Part shown: positions 35,312 to 45,342 of the stretch, one piece after another
Layout of the letters: every line of letters starts with the position of its first letter
Numbering within the stretch: the first letter of the stretch is position 1
From: Thermodesulfobacteriota bacterium
GTDB taxonomy: Bacteria > Desulfobacterota > Desulfobacteria > Desulfobacterales > C00003060
Direction: 5' to 3'
Assembly: GCA_034189385.1 (NCBI GenBank)
Contig: JAXHVD010000028.1
Span: forward strand, 1 to 54,920
DNA length: 54,920 nucleotides
Position numbers and translations under genes: made by a program
The notes under the pieces: model-generated
Told to the model about the DNA's origin: nothing
Seen by the model: the letters and a program-made list of their open reading frames with translations, nothing else
Database searches by the model: none

Positions 35312-36037
35312 TTGTTACGTCTTAAGAGCGTCCATACTTATTACAGCAACATTCATGTCCTTAAGGGGATATCGCTCCACGTCCGCCCTGGAGAGCTTGT
35401 CGCCTTGATTGGGGCCAATGGGGCTGGAAAGACGACGACCCTCAGGACCATCTCAGGGCTTCTTAAGCCCGGCAAAGGCAAGACAGAGTTTCTCGGGGCT
35501 GATATTGCCGGCCTGGCACCGAACAAGATTGTTCGAAAAGGGGTTTGCCATGTGCCGGAGGGGCGCCAGGTCTTTGCAAAAATGACGGTCAGGGCCAACC
35601 TGGAGATGGGAGGATACCTTTTAAAAGACGCAAAGAGGATAAAGAAGAGAATCCAGGAGTTGGCATCCCTGTTTCCCATATTGGATGAGCGGAAAGATCA
35701 GCTTGCGGGCACCCTTTCAGGTGGGGAACAGCAGATGCTTGCCATTGGTCGGGCCCTCATGGGACAGCCGAGACTCTTGCTGTTGGATGAGCCGTCTCTG
35801 GGCCTTGCCCCCATTATGGCCCATACGGTATTTAAGTCTATCGCCCGGCTCAGGGATGAAGGGATGACGATCTTGTTGGTTGAGCAAAATGCGCGGGCGG
35901 CACTTAATATTTCCGACCGCGCTTATGTGATGGAAACGGGCAAGATCATCATGCAGGGGGCCTCGGAGGAGCTATTGAACCATAACCAGATCAAGCGGGC
36001 GTATCTTGGTAAGGGATATCGGGAGGTCTGGGAGTGA
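35312..36037 (+). CDS. Second LivF-like ABC ATPase
   Basis: GANGAGKTT, VPEGRQVF, LSGGEQQMLA. Confidence 0.9.
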   Translation: MLRLKSVHTYYSNIHVLKGISLHVRPGELVALIGANGAGKTTTLRTISGLLKPGKGKTEFLGADIAGLAPNKIVRKGVCHVPEGRQVFAKMTVRANLEMGGYLLKDAKRIKKRIQELASLFPILDERKDQLAGTLSGGEQQMLAIGRALMGQPRLLLLDEPSLGLAPIMAHTVFKSIARLRDEGMTILLVEQNARAALNISDRAYVMETGKIIMQGASEELLNHNQIKRAYLGKGYREVWE

Positions 36038-36106
36038 GTTGTAGTACTACTGAATGTGAGCTCAAGTGGGGTGCTGGCAGTGAATCCCGAAGGATAAGGA
36101 GTTAGG

Positions 36107-37420
36107 ATGACGATCTGGGAGCGGTCCCATGAGTGTATGGCCCGGGAGGAGCTTGAACAGCTCCAACTAGAACGGTTGCAGGCCACCTTGAATCGTGCCT
36201 ATCGTAATGTGCATTTCTACAAGAAGTCTTTTGACGCCATCGGCTTTGTACCTGAAGACCTTGATGATCTGGCAGTGCTATCTCGTTTGCCCCTTATCAC
36301 TCGTGAGGACCTCAGCAGGGCCTACCCCTATGAGATGTTTGCTGTCCCTCTGAGGGAGGTGGTGCGAATACACTCTTCTTCCGGTACCTCCAAGAACCCC
36401 AGTATTGTTGGATACACGGCGAACGATCTGAAACACTGGGGGGGGCTGGTAGCGAGGCTGCTGACAGCGGCAGGGGTAACGAGAGAAGACGTCGTACAGA
36501 TTGCCTTCAACTATGGGCTGTTCACTGGAGCCTTCGGGTTTCACTACGGGGCAGAACAGATCGGCGCTTCCGTGGTCCCGACGTCAGTGGGCAATACAGG
36601 ACGCCAGGTGACGATTTTGAGAGACTTCAGAACCACGGCCCTTGTTTGCACGCCCTCCTATGCCTTGAGGATTGCCAGGGTCTTAGAGGAGGCCGACATT
36701 GATCCCAAGACGCTGTCGCTGAAACTGGGGCTTTTTGGTGGAGAGTGCTGGGACGAGGAGATTCGTAAAGCCATAGAGGAAAGACTTTATATCAAGGCCC
36801 ATGATAACTATGGCCTCAGTGAGGTGATAGGGCCTGGCGTTGCAGGGGAGTGCTCCCAGAAAACGGGCATGCATGTGTCAGAGGACCATTTTGTGGCTGA
36901 GATCATTGACCCCGACAGCGGTGAAAACCTGCCCAAGGGCCGTTCGGGCGAACTAGTGTTGACCTCCATCACCAAGGAGGCCTTCCCCGTGATCCGGTTT
37001 CGCACCGGGGACGTGACTTCTTTGGATGATGCCCCCTGTCCCTGCGGTCGGACCCTTGCCCGGATATCGAGAATCTCTGGTCGTTGCGACGATATCGTCA
37101 TCGTAAAGGGCGTAAATATATATCCAAGACGGGTCGGCCCCATACTCAAGGCCGTGACAGGTATAGAGCCAACCTATCAGTTGGTCATTGACAGGGAAAA
37201 GGACATGGATTCTTTGGGGATTAGGGTCGAGGTCTCTGAGGCGATGTTTTTCGACAAAATGCAAAGACAGCGGGCGCTGGTGGACGGGCTGCGCAAGAAG
37301 GTACGAGACACCCTTGGGCTGACTCCGCAGATTTGGCTTGTTGAGGCTGGCTCCATCCGACGGGAAGAGGAGACTGCCCCCATGGTAGTGGACACTAGAA
37401 AGGGGCCCTCCCACAGGTAA
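36107..37420 (+). CDS. Phenylacetate-CoA ligase family protein
   Basis: HSSSGTS, YGLFTGAFG, CTPSYA, YGLSEVIGPG, RFRTGD. Confidence 0.92.
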   Translation: MTIWERSHECMAREELEQLQLERLQATLNRAYRNVHFYKKSFDAIGFVPEDLDDLAVLSRLPLITREDLSRAYPYEMFAVPLREVVRIHSSSGTSKNPSIVGYTANDLKHWGGLVARLLTAAGVTREDVVQIAFNYGLFTGAFGFHYGAEQIGASVVPTSVGNTGRQVTILRDFRTTALVCTPSYALRIARVLEEADIDPKTLSLKLGLFGGECWDEEIRKAIEERLYIKAHDNYGLSEVIGPGVAGECSQKTGMHVSEDHFVAEIIDPDSGENLPKGRSGELVLTSITKEAFPVIRFRTGDVTSLDDAPCPCGRTLARISRISGRCDDIVIVKGVNIYPRRVGPILKAVTGIEPTYQLVIDREKDMDSLGIRVEVSEAMFFDKMQRQRALVDGLRKKVRDTLGLTPQIWLVEAGSIRREEETAPMVVDTRKGPSHR

Positions 37421-37429
37421 GGTTATCCG

Positions 37430-37987
37430 ATGACACAAAAGGTAAAGGCTATGTATGTTCTTGTTCGGGCGTTTCTCGTTGGCATCGTTGCCTTGCTGCT
37501 GGTGTGCGGGTGCACCGGTAAAGGAGACGATGACAAACAGGCCACTCACAACCGTGCCCCCCATTTTGTTGTTCAAGATCTTAGAGGAAAGACCTTGCGC
37601 CTAGAAGATCTAAGAGGCAAGGTGGTTCTCTTGAACTTTTTTGCCACATGGTGCGGACCCTGTCGTCGGGAGATTGGAGAACTTGTCAAGCTCTACGAAA
37701 AGTTCAGGGAGAGAGGCCTTGAAGTCGTCGGGGTCTCCTTGGACATGGAAGGGGCTGCCGTACTTCCCCCTTTTGTGAAGCATTACAACATTACCTATCC
37801 CGTTGTCATTGGGACCAGAAAAATGGTGGTGGACTACGGGGGTATCAGTGGCGTTCCCACGAGTTTCATTATTGACCGTGACGGCATGATTGCCGAGCAT
37901 TTCGTGGGCTTGCGTCCAGCCCAGGTCTTAGAGGCCTCTGTAGTAGAGCTGTTGAAAGCAAAGGTAGCAAGGGCCCAAGAGTCCTAG
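37430..37987 (+). CDS. TlpA-family thiol-disulfide oxidoreductase, probable lipoprotein
   Basis: LNFFATWCGPC; lipobox-like LLVCGC. Confidence 0.9.
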   Translation: MTQKVKAMYVLVRAFLVGIVALLLVCGCTGKGDDDKQATHNRAPHFVVQDLRGKTLRLEDLRGKVVLLNFFATWCGPCRREIGELVKLYEKFRERGLEVVGVSLDMEGAAVLPPFVKHYNITYPVVIGTRKMVVDYGGISGVPTSFIIDRDGMIAEHFVGLRPAQVLEASVVELLKAKVARAQES

Positions 37988-38006
37988 CGGCGCTAGTCAT
38001 GCGGTT

Positions 38007-39881
38007 TTGACCATAATGCGGGAAAGGCCTTTCTCACAGCCCTTCCGACAGAAGAGACGAGTCATGACTGGGGATGACAATCCAAAAAGACCAGAGCCTT
38101 TTGTCGACGATCAGCCTTACCAGCAAGGTCAAGACCCTGCTGCAGATGCTTGGTACACGGCCTTCTTTCTAGAAAACCACCTGGACTACTATGCCTATCC
38201 AGAACACGTGGCCACGGAGGAGCAGGTTCGTTTCATGGTGTACACCGAAGAAAACGAGCGTTACTACCCCTGTTCAGATCGCATGTTCTGGACCATCATG
38301 AGGAGGGAATACCCTTCATTTCTAAAGAAAAAATACGAGGAAGTGCTGGGCCATGTCCTCGAATTGATTGAACGCCAGATTGAGGACCCTTGGGAGAAGC
38401 GTTATCTGAAGGCCCTGATCAACACGAAATTTGAACACGAAACGCGTGATGGCATGATGATTCCATCGCGTATTGAGAAACGTCTCCTCAAAATCTACCT
38501 CAACCGGACGCAAATAGAAGACCCCTACTTGTGTGAAAAGGCCCAGCGCAATGTACAAGCCTCCATGGTGCTCAAATCCGATACATTCAAGAAGGCTCTG
38601 GATTGTGTTGACGATTCCGTTCTCCTTTCTTCGCCCGTTAGTCTCCAGCAAATCAAGGAACGGGTAGACTACCTGAAGCTTCGTCGCCTCTTCGCCCTTT
38701 CCGTTGAGACTGGGTTGTGGGAAACGGAGGAGATGTCCCGATACACGGAAGATGACTACTTGAGGCTCTTCAACCGGCCCCTGACAGGAGATGGTGAAGA
38801 AGGCCTCTGGGACTTCCTGAATGTCCGAAAGGCAAGTAATGCCACAACAGACATGAAGCCGAAAAGAATCCTTTGGCTTGCCAACGAAGCAGGCGAAATC
38901 GTCGTCGACCTTGCTATTATACGATACTTGGCCAGGCTGGGGCACAAGATCATTATCGCCTTTAAAGATGAACCTTTGTTTACCAAGGTTGACTTTCTGG
39001 ATGCCCAGGAAGACAAAGCAGTCTCCAGTGAACTGGAGAGCGGTCTTGTGATAAAGAAAAAGGATATGGGCAAAAACGAGTTGGTCAATACGCTTAAGAG
39101 TGACAAGTCGATCATGGCCATATCAGACGGCACTCGTGAGAATCTCAATCTGCTTCTTTCCTCTACAACCTTTGCACGGGTCTTCAAGGAGGTTGACGGC
39201 GTGATTTCAAAAGGGCCTGAGCAAAGGCGGCGGTTTTTTGACACCCATTTTCGCTTTACTCAAGATATCTACAGCATTGCAAAAGATGAAAAGGGCTTGC
39301 CGTCCATCTGGTTCAAGGCCAGGCATCCTGCCGTCATCAAGTTTACTCACCAGGACCTGGAACAGAAAGCCCAAGCCATCATCTCCAAGATGGAGGAGGC
39401 CAAAAAGGACGGCATGACAGTCGTCTTTTACAGCGGCATTATCGGTTCGATCCCCGGCAAGGTAGCCATGGCCAAGAAGATCATGTCAACCCACGTGAAG
39501 TTTCTTAAAGAGCAATTTGCCGAGACCTTTATTATCAACCCCTCGGAATACTTCGAGCCCGGCATGGACGCCGACGATCTCATGTTCATGTGGGAAATCG
39601 TGCAGCGGAGCGGATTCATAGATATATGGCGGTTTCAGACCTACGATGACATCGTCCAGGCCTTTGGAATCATGAACACCAAGGTCCCTCCTGAGTGGGT
39701 GGGCAAAGACGCCACGTTCAGCACTGGTTGTACCAAGGAAATGAGAATTGCCCTTGATGTTCAGACGGAGCACCCTGAAATGCAGATCATCGGGCCGTCA
39801 CAAGAGAAATTCCTAAGACGGAAGGAGTATGGAATTGGAAAGATGTATGATCGCCGTTTGAGCGAGATCTGCGCCTCCTAA
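38007..39881 (+). CDS. DUF89/ARMT1-like phosphatase domain plus a C-terminal nucleoside-deoxyribosyltransferase-like domain
   Basis: DPY..EK..N, WLANEAGEIVVD and ISKG (DUF89-like); C-terminal FYSGIIG...IINP...STGCTKE. Start possibly 38064. Confidence 0.6.
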   Translation: MTIMRERPFSQPFRQKRRVMTGDDNPKRPEPFVDDQPYQQGQDPAADAWYTAFFLENHLDYYAYPEHVATEEQVRFMVYTEENERYYPCSDRMFWTIMRREYPSFLKKKYEEVLGHVLELIERQIEDPWEKRYLKALINTKFEHETRDGMMIPSRIEKRLLKIYLNRTQIEDPYLCEKAQRNVQASMVLKSDTFKKALDCVDDSVLLSSPVSLQQIKERVDYLKLRRLFALSVETGLWETEEMSRYTEDDYLRLFNRPLTGDGEEGLWDFLNVRKASNATTDMKPKRILWLANEAGEIVVDLAIIRYLARLGHKIIIAFKDEPLFTKVDFLDAQEDKAVSSELESGLVIKKKDMGKNELVNTLKSDKSIMAISDGTRENLNLLLSSTTFARVFKEVDGVISKGPEQRRRFFDTHFRFTQDIYSIAKDEKGLPSIWFKARHPAVIKFTHQDLEQKAQAIISKMEEAKKDGMTVVFYSGIIGSIPGKVAMAKKIMSTHVKFLKEQFAETFIINPSEYFEPGMDADDLMFMWEIVQRSGFIDIWRFQTYDDIVQAFGIMNTKVPPEWVGKDATFSTGCTKEMRIALDVQTEHPEMQIIGPSQEKFLRRKEYGIGKMYDRRLSEICAS

Positions 39882-39922
39882 CCCCCTTTCTTGGTGACAG
39901 TCCTTTTTTTAGCCCAGGGCGG

Positions 39923-40360
39923 TCAATACCCCCAGACCAGGGACTGATGGATCCAGCCCACTTCGCCGTCCTGATGCTGGACCTTGAACCAAGTCCCCTT
40001 TCTGTCAAGGCGCTTGAAACTGACCCCTTTTTCCGCCTGCAACAGCACTCGAAAGGTCGTTCCCGGCCCCTCCCGAACGTTCACCAGAGGCGCTTTCACG
40101 GTGACCGCTGGGATCTTTTCTACAAGCGAACGATGAATCCATCCTTCGTCGTCCTCAAAGTCCCTTACCTTGTACCAGCTGCCCGATTTCTTAAGGACGT
40201 CCAAGGGGTAATACTTGCCCACAGACCACATGATGTCGTGATTGGTGCCAGGGCCTGAGCGGACATTGGCTTTGCCAACGTTGACGGCGAGTCGTTTGGC
40301 GCTCGCCTGCCCGGTCCAGAGCACGATGGCAAGCACCACAAAAAAGGGGATTCTTCTCAT
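39923..40360 (-). CDS. Secreted double bacterial SH3 domain protein
   Basis: Signal peptide; two repeats of NVR.GPGT...W.KV...GWIH.SL. Confidence 0.9.
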   Translation of the reverse strand: MRRIPFFVVLAIVLWTGQASAKRLAVNVGKANVRSGPGTNHDIMWSVGKYYPLDVLKKSGSWYKVRDFEDDEGWIHRSLVEKIPAVTVKAPLVNVREGPGTTFRVLLQAEKGVSFKRLDRKGTWFKVQHQDGEVGWIHQSLVWGY

Positions 40361-40986
40361 GACTCTAGCACCACCACCTCACAGGTTCCACGGAGGGCCT
40401 CCGCAAAACGCTGGGCATCGTCCGTTGACCCCACAATGGCCCCATAGTGCATGGGGATGACGACCTTTGGCTTGATCTTTTTTGTCGCTTCCACGGCCTC
40501 TTCTGCTGTCATGACATAGGTCCCAGATACAGGCAGCAAGGCAATGTCCACCTGAAAAGACGCCATCTCGGGTATGTCGTCCGTATCGCCAGCATGGTAG
40601 ATCCTCACCCCGTCTACGGTTAGAATAAACCCCAGCCAGCCATTTTCTTTGGGATGAAACGCTTTGTTCGTATTGTAGGCCGGTACAGCTTCAATGGGAA
40701 TCCCTGAAACCGTTATCTTGTCCCCGGGCTTCATGGTCTTCACGTCACCACTGAGTTTTTTCGCTGAATCTGCTTCTGTCACAATGATCGTGGAATCCTT
40801 CTGGATCTTCTTAACGTCAGCAGGTGAGCAGTGATCGTAATGCTCATGGCTGACAAGGATGACGTCTGCCAACTCGCATTCCTGGATCTGAAAGGGATCG
40901 ATGACGATCACCTTGCCCTCTGCCTTTATGAGAAAACCATCGTGCCCCAGCCATCTGATGTTCTTGACCACATCCTTTACACTCAT
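40357..40986 (-). CDS. Metallo-beta-lactamase-fold hydrolase
   Basis: WLGH, SHEHYDH, YHAGDT, IPMHY. Confidence 0.92.
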   Translation of the reverse strand: MSVKDVVKNIRWLGHDGFLIKAEGKVIVIDPFQIQECELADVILVSHEHYDHCSPADVKKIQKDSTIIVTEADSAKKLSGDVKTMKPGDKITVSGIPIEAVPAYNTNKAFHPKENGWLGFILTVDGVRIYHAGDTDDIPEMASFQVDIALLPVSGTYVMTAEEAVEATKKIKPKVVIPMHYGAIVGSTDDAQRFAEALRGTCEVVVLES

Positions 40987-41190
40987 GATCAGTGCCTCCT
41001 CCATTCCCAGACGCTTCGGGTAAGCGCCCCTCTACCTGCCTCGTGCATTCCATCACATAGGGTTTTCTCCCCATGAGATGAACCATGATCATCATACCAA
41101 TTCTTTTTAGGATAATCCAATATCATAAACGGGCTGATCTACTCGACCAAACATTCCGAAACCGGCCCTTCCACTGTGATGACTTATCGT

Positions 41191-41292
41191 TGACGAGCTG
41201 TTGGCCCAATGTCATCTCTCGTCGTTCTGAGCTGCCTTTTCATACCTCTATGGACCGTTCCAAGAAATTTCGGTTCGGCCAACAGCCCGTTG
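41191..41292. repeat. Short element with inverted ends related to the MITE at 32084
   Basis: TGACGAGCTGTTGGCCCAA ... TTCGGCCAACAGCCCGTTG. Confidence 0.5.
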
Positions 41293-41355
41293 AAACACAA
41301 CTCTACACTGGGCGGTGTTTTCTCTTTCAGGATCCAGTCACGGCGACGAGCATTT

Positions 41356-41991
41356 TTACACGCTGAAGAACCGCACTGCCGGCAGTTCGACACAGGTCAA
41401 CTTGTTGCCGTATACCGCCCCCGTGTCTATACCAATCTTGTTGTCGAGGACCAGCGGTTCGCGAAAAGGGGTGTGGCCAAAGATGACGCGCTTGCCAAAA
41501 TCAAAATCAGAGGAAATAAACTCATCTCGGATCCACAGCATGTCCCATTCTTCTTGTTGATGAAGGGGTACGCCCGGTTTCAGCCCCCCATGGACAAATA
41601 TGTAGTTCTTTGTCTCATAATATAGCCGAAGGTTGTCGAAGAACTCAAGGTGTCCGGGGGGCACAAAGGATGGGGCGCTCTGATCCTTGCTTTTCAGGTA
41701 ACTTTCCAATGTGGCCCCCCCACCGTTATATAAGAATCCGAGCCTGTCGGTGCCACTCAAGTAGTCCTGTAACATCTGTTCGTGATTCCCTTTCAGGAAA
41801 ACCAAGCGGCTCTCCCGCTGAGCCAGATCGATCAGATAGTCCACGACTTCCTTGGAACGGGGGCCACGGTCCACATAGTCCCCTATGAAGACAAGGGTCT
41901 CTCGCTTCAGGTCAACGTCAATGATCTTCATCAACGAGACCAACTTGTCAAGACAGCCATGTATATCTCCTATTGCAAAGACCCTCTCCAT
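41356..41991 (-). CDS. Calcineurin-like metallophosphoesterase (PrpA/ApaH-like Ser/Thr phosphatase)
   Basis: GDIHG, GDYVDRG, GNHE, FGHT, IDTG. Confidence 0.93.
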   Translation of the reverse strand: MERVFAIGDIHGCLDKLVSLMKIIDVDLKRETLVFIGDYVDRGPRSKEVVDYLIDLAQRESRLVFLKGNHEQMLQDYLSGTDRLGFLYNGGGATLESYLKSKDQSAPSFVPPGHLEFFDNLRLYYETKNYIFVHGGLKPGVPLHQQEEWDMLWIRDEFISSDFDFGKRVIFGHTPFREPLVLDNKIGIDTGAVYGNKLTCVELPAVRFFSV

Positions 41992-42038
41992 CAGTCAACT
42001 TGCATCACATGCTCTTTGGTTCTCTTTGTGAATAAGCC

Positions 42039-43016
42039 CTAAAACCACCGTAGGACAAAGGCGCGCTTTCTTTCATCCAACCGAGTCATCCCCTCTTCCA
42101 TGGCCATGTCTGTGGCCTCGTGATACTCATCGTCCGTTATAGACCTGTGTAAGGGCGGCACTTGGGCAGCTCGACCACAAGGTCTGTACTGGGCCATGAT
42201 ATTCACATAGGTGTTGGTAGAGATCTCTGTGGCCAAAAACCGCATCACGTCCCGAGTTCCTGCTCGGCCCTCTGGAAGAACCAGGTGACGCACCAACAGA
42301 CCCCTTTGAGCAACACCCAGTTCATCCAGCACCAAATCGCCTACCTGCCGATGCATTTCCCTGAGGGCTGCGCGAGCCACCTCTGGATAATCTGGCGCAT
42401 CGCAGAACTGCTCGGCAACCTTGGGATCCCAGAACTTGAAGTCAGGCATGTAGATGTCAAAGACGCCTTCGAGCACCGCCAGCGTTTCAGCCCTGTCATA
42501 CCCACTGGTATTGTAGACCAGTGGGATGCGAAGGCCATCTTCAGCGGCCTTGTCAACTGCTGCCAAAATCTGCGGGACCACGTGAGAGGGGGTGACAAAA
42601 TTGATATTCTCACATCCCCGGTCCTGGAGAAAAAGCATGGCCTTTGCAAGGTCCAGGGCAGAGAAGGCAACCCCTGCCCCTTCATGGCTGATGTCGTAGT
42701 TCTGACAAAAGAGGCAAAGAAGGTTACACCGTGCAAAGAATATCGTACCTGATCCGTTTTGTCCTACGAGGGGACTTTCCTCTCCAAAATGGGGGTTGTA
42801 GCTTGCTACGATGGCCAGCTCCCCAGTTTGGCAAATCCCCATCTCACCCGAGAGACGATCTACTCCACAGACCCGAGGACAGAGGGTACAGGCCTTAAGC
42901 CTTTCATACGTTTGGTCTATCTTTTCCCGTAGGAGGCCACGTTTGCGGGTGTTTATGTATGCCGGGAGAAAGGAACCCATACTTTTGGGGCTGTTTTTCG
43001 GCCTAGGCTGAAGCAC
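42039..43016 (-). CDS. Radical SAM protein, PflX-like
   Basis: CTLCPRVC, CNLLCLFCQN (CxxxCxxC), DIYMPDFKF, VRHLVLP, NIMAQYRP. Confidence 0.9.
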   Translation of the reverse strand: MLQPRPKNSPKSMGSFLPAYINTRKRGLLREKIDQTYERLKACTLCPRVCGVDRLSGEMGICQTGELAIVASYNPHFGEESPLVGQNGSGTIFFARCNLLCLFCQNYDISHEGAGVAFSALDLAKAMLFLQDRGCENINFVTPSHVVPQILAAVDKAAEDGLRIPLVYNTSGYDRAETLAVLEGVFDIYMPDFKFWDPKVAEQFCDAPDYPEVARAALREMHRQVGDLVLDELGVAQRGLLVRHLVLPEGRAGTRDVMRFLATEISTNTYVNIMAQYRPCGRAAQVPPLHRSITDDEYHEATDMAMEEGMTRLDERKRAFVLRWF

Positions 43017-43454
43017 CTCTGTCTCATTCCAGTCACATGTGGACCCTTTGCCAGGGGGGCATCGCTCGCCCTAGGCCTCTAAAGAAGGACGCCCTTCTTC
43101 TAAAGTCCTCAAAATTGTTCACAAAAGCCTTTTATGATTTCATCAAAGATCGGCATCAATGTCAATTGATTATTCCATGGCGAGACTGTCTCTCCTGGAG
43201 ACAATCTTTCTTTTGGGGGTCCCCGTGGCGGTCGGGCCATCGGGTTGAAAACGCACGGGTCATTGGTGTATAAGATAAGCGGATGGACATAGGCCCTGTC
43301 CAGGCATGACCAAGCCGGACGGGGAATCACGCCGAAGCTGTCTAGAGCCCGCGCATTGGACTTGGGCAGCATGTTGCTCTGATTCATTCCGTGTAACTGG
43401 CCCCCTGAGCGATGCAACACCAGTTCAAGGCCCATGCCCCAGGAGTCGGGAGAT

Positions 43455-45338
43455 ATGTCAAAGAGAAGCATTCTGATAGCCGATGATGAAGAGGCCGTCC
43501 GTACTCTGTTTGAAAAAATGCTGGAGGATGAAGGCTATCGCCTCTTTGTGGCCTCAAACGGAAAAGAGGCTGTGGAGATTTCAAGAACCAACGCCATCGA
43601 TCTCGCCATCTTGGACCTGGTGATGCCCGAGATGGACGGGATCGAGGCGCTGAAGCGGATCAAGGAGATTGATAACACCACAGAAGTCCTGATCATGACG
43701 GGGTATGGGGATCTCAACGATGTTGAGAAGACGATCATCGGCTATGAAGCCTTTGATTACCTTCTCAAGCCATTTGACATCAGGGAAACGGTGCGGACCA
43801 TTCAAAGAGCCCTTCAGAAACGGGAATTGTTCCTGAAGGATCGTTATGTAGGCAAGGAACTTCGGCATCGGATCGTTGCACTGGAAAGGGATTTCAAGGA
43901 GAAGACCCTTCAACTGAGGAAATCCCAAGTCAAATATGAGAATATCATTGAAGGCTCTGATGACATGATCGTCGTCATTCAAGAAGGCACGACCAAATAT
44001 GTGAACTTAAAGACCCTTGAATTGACTGGCCGGACAAAGGAGGAGACCCTGGACACGCCCTTCATTGAAATGGTTCATCCTGAAGACCGCGGCATCGTGA
44101 CAGAAATGTATGAAAAATGGCCGGAGAGGGCCAGGGGCGCCCCTGGCCTATGTACCTTTAGGATATTGAAAAAGGACGGAGCCTCCATCTGGTCTGAGGC
44201 CAAGGCTGTGGTGACAGAGTGGGAAGAAGAAACGGCCTTGCTGAACATTGTCAGGGATATCTCCGAGCGCAAGCGGGTCGAGGAGTCGCTTAGAATCAAG
44301 GATGCGGCGTTGGCGTCGTCTATCAATGGCGTTGCCTTGGCAGACCTTGAGGGCCATCTGACATATGTAAACAATGCTTTTCTCAAGCTATGGGGCTACG
44401 ATTCTGCCGAAGAGCTCATGGGGAAACCAGTTCAAGATTTATGGAAGTCCAGGAAAGAGGCTCTAGAGGCAGTGAGGACCTTACGCAAGAGCGGCGGCTG
44501 GAGAGGTGAGATGAGTGGCGTGAGACGAGATGGGTCCTTGTTTATCCTTCAAATCTCAGCGAGTATGGTCAGCAATGCGGAGGGCAAACCCCTTTCCATG
44601 ATGGCTTCGTTTGTTGACATTACGGAGAAAAAGGAAATGGAGGAAGCCATGTTGCGTTCGGAAAAGCTTTCCTCCATAGGGCAGTTGGCAGCAGGGCTCG
44701 CCCACGAGCTGCGGAATCCTCTAGCAGTGATCAGCTCATGTGCTCAGTTTTGCACGGAGAACATGGAGCTTGAACCCACAGTAAGTGAAAACCTTGAGAT
44801 GATTTCCAGGAGTGTGCAAAGGGCGAACAAGCTCATAAACGATCTATTGGCCTTTGCCAGGCCATCGCGTTTGGAATGGAAAGACGTAGATGTCAACGAT
44901 CTTGTTTCCAGAACATGGAATATGGCCAAGCTTGAGGCAAGTCCTTTCGACACCGAGTTTGTCCTCCAATTGGAGGAAAGACTTCCCAAAATCGTGGGGG
45001 ACGAAGAGAAGCTCGGGCAGGTCTTCATCAACCTCATCCAGAACGCAGTTCAGGCCATTTCTGCCAAGGGAAAAATCACAGTGCGAACCCATGTTCTTGG
45101 GCAGCAGGACCAGGTGGAGGTAAATGTGATCGATAACGGACCTGGTGTGCCGGAAGACTACCGTCACAAGATTTTTGATCCCTTTTTCACTACCAAAGAC
45201 GCGGGCACCGGGTTGGGACTGAGCATATGCCACAGTATCGTCCAACAGCATAAAGGCAGTATGAGCATGGAGTGCGATGATCTGAGTGGGACCAAGTTCT
45301 GCGTGCGACTGCCCTTTAAGGCCGACGGAAAGGAGTAA
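43455..45338 (+). CDS. Cytoplasmic hybrid histidine kinase (REC-PAS-PAS-HisKA-HATPase)
   Basis: ILIADDE / ILDLVMP; two PAS regions; AHELRNPL; NLIQNA, DNGPG, FDPFFTTK, GTGLGL. Confidence 0.93.
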   Translation: MSKRSILIADDEEAVRTLFEKMLEDEGYRLFVASNGKEAVEISRTNAIDLAILDLVMPEMDGIEALKRIKEIDNTTEVLIMTGYGDLNDVEKTIIGYEAFDYLLKPFDIRETVRTIQRALQKRELFLKDRYVGKELRHRIVALERDFKEKTLQLRKSQVKYENIIEGSDDMIVVIQEGTTKYVNLKTLELTGRTKEETLDTPFIEMVHPEDRGIVTEMYEKWPERARGAPGLCTFRILKKDGASIWSEAKAVVTEWEEETALLNIVRDISERKRVEESLRIKDAALASSINGVALADLEGHLTYVNNAFLKLWGYDSAEELMGKPVQDLWKSRKEALEAVRTLRKSGGWRGEMSGVRRDGSLFILQISASMVSNAEGKPLSMMASFVDITEKKEMEEAMLRSEKLSSIGQLAAGLAHELRNPLAVISSCAQFCTENMELEPTVSENLEMISRSVQRANKLINDLLAFARPSRLEWKDVDVNDLVSRTWNMAKLEASPFDTEFVLQLEERLPKIVGDEEKLGQVFINLIQNAVQAISAKGKITVRTHVLGQQDQVEVNVIDNGPGVPEDYRHKIFDPFFTTKDAGTGLGLSICHSIVQQHKGSMSMECDDLSGTKFCVRLPFKADGKE

Positions 45339-45342
45339 GACA

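Noticed and set aside
43362..43378. Sigma54 promoter upstream of the hybrid kinase
   Set aside because: GG-N10-GC spacing fits, but the TGGCAC/T core does not; too weak to call.
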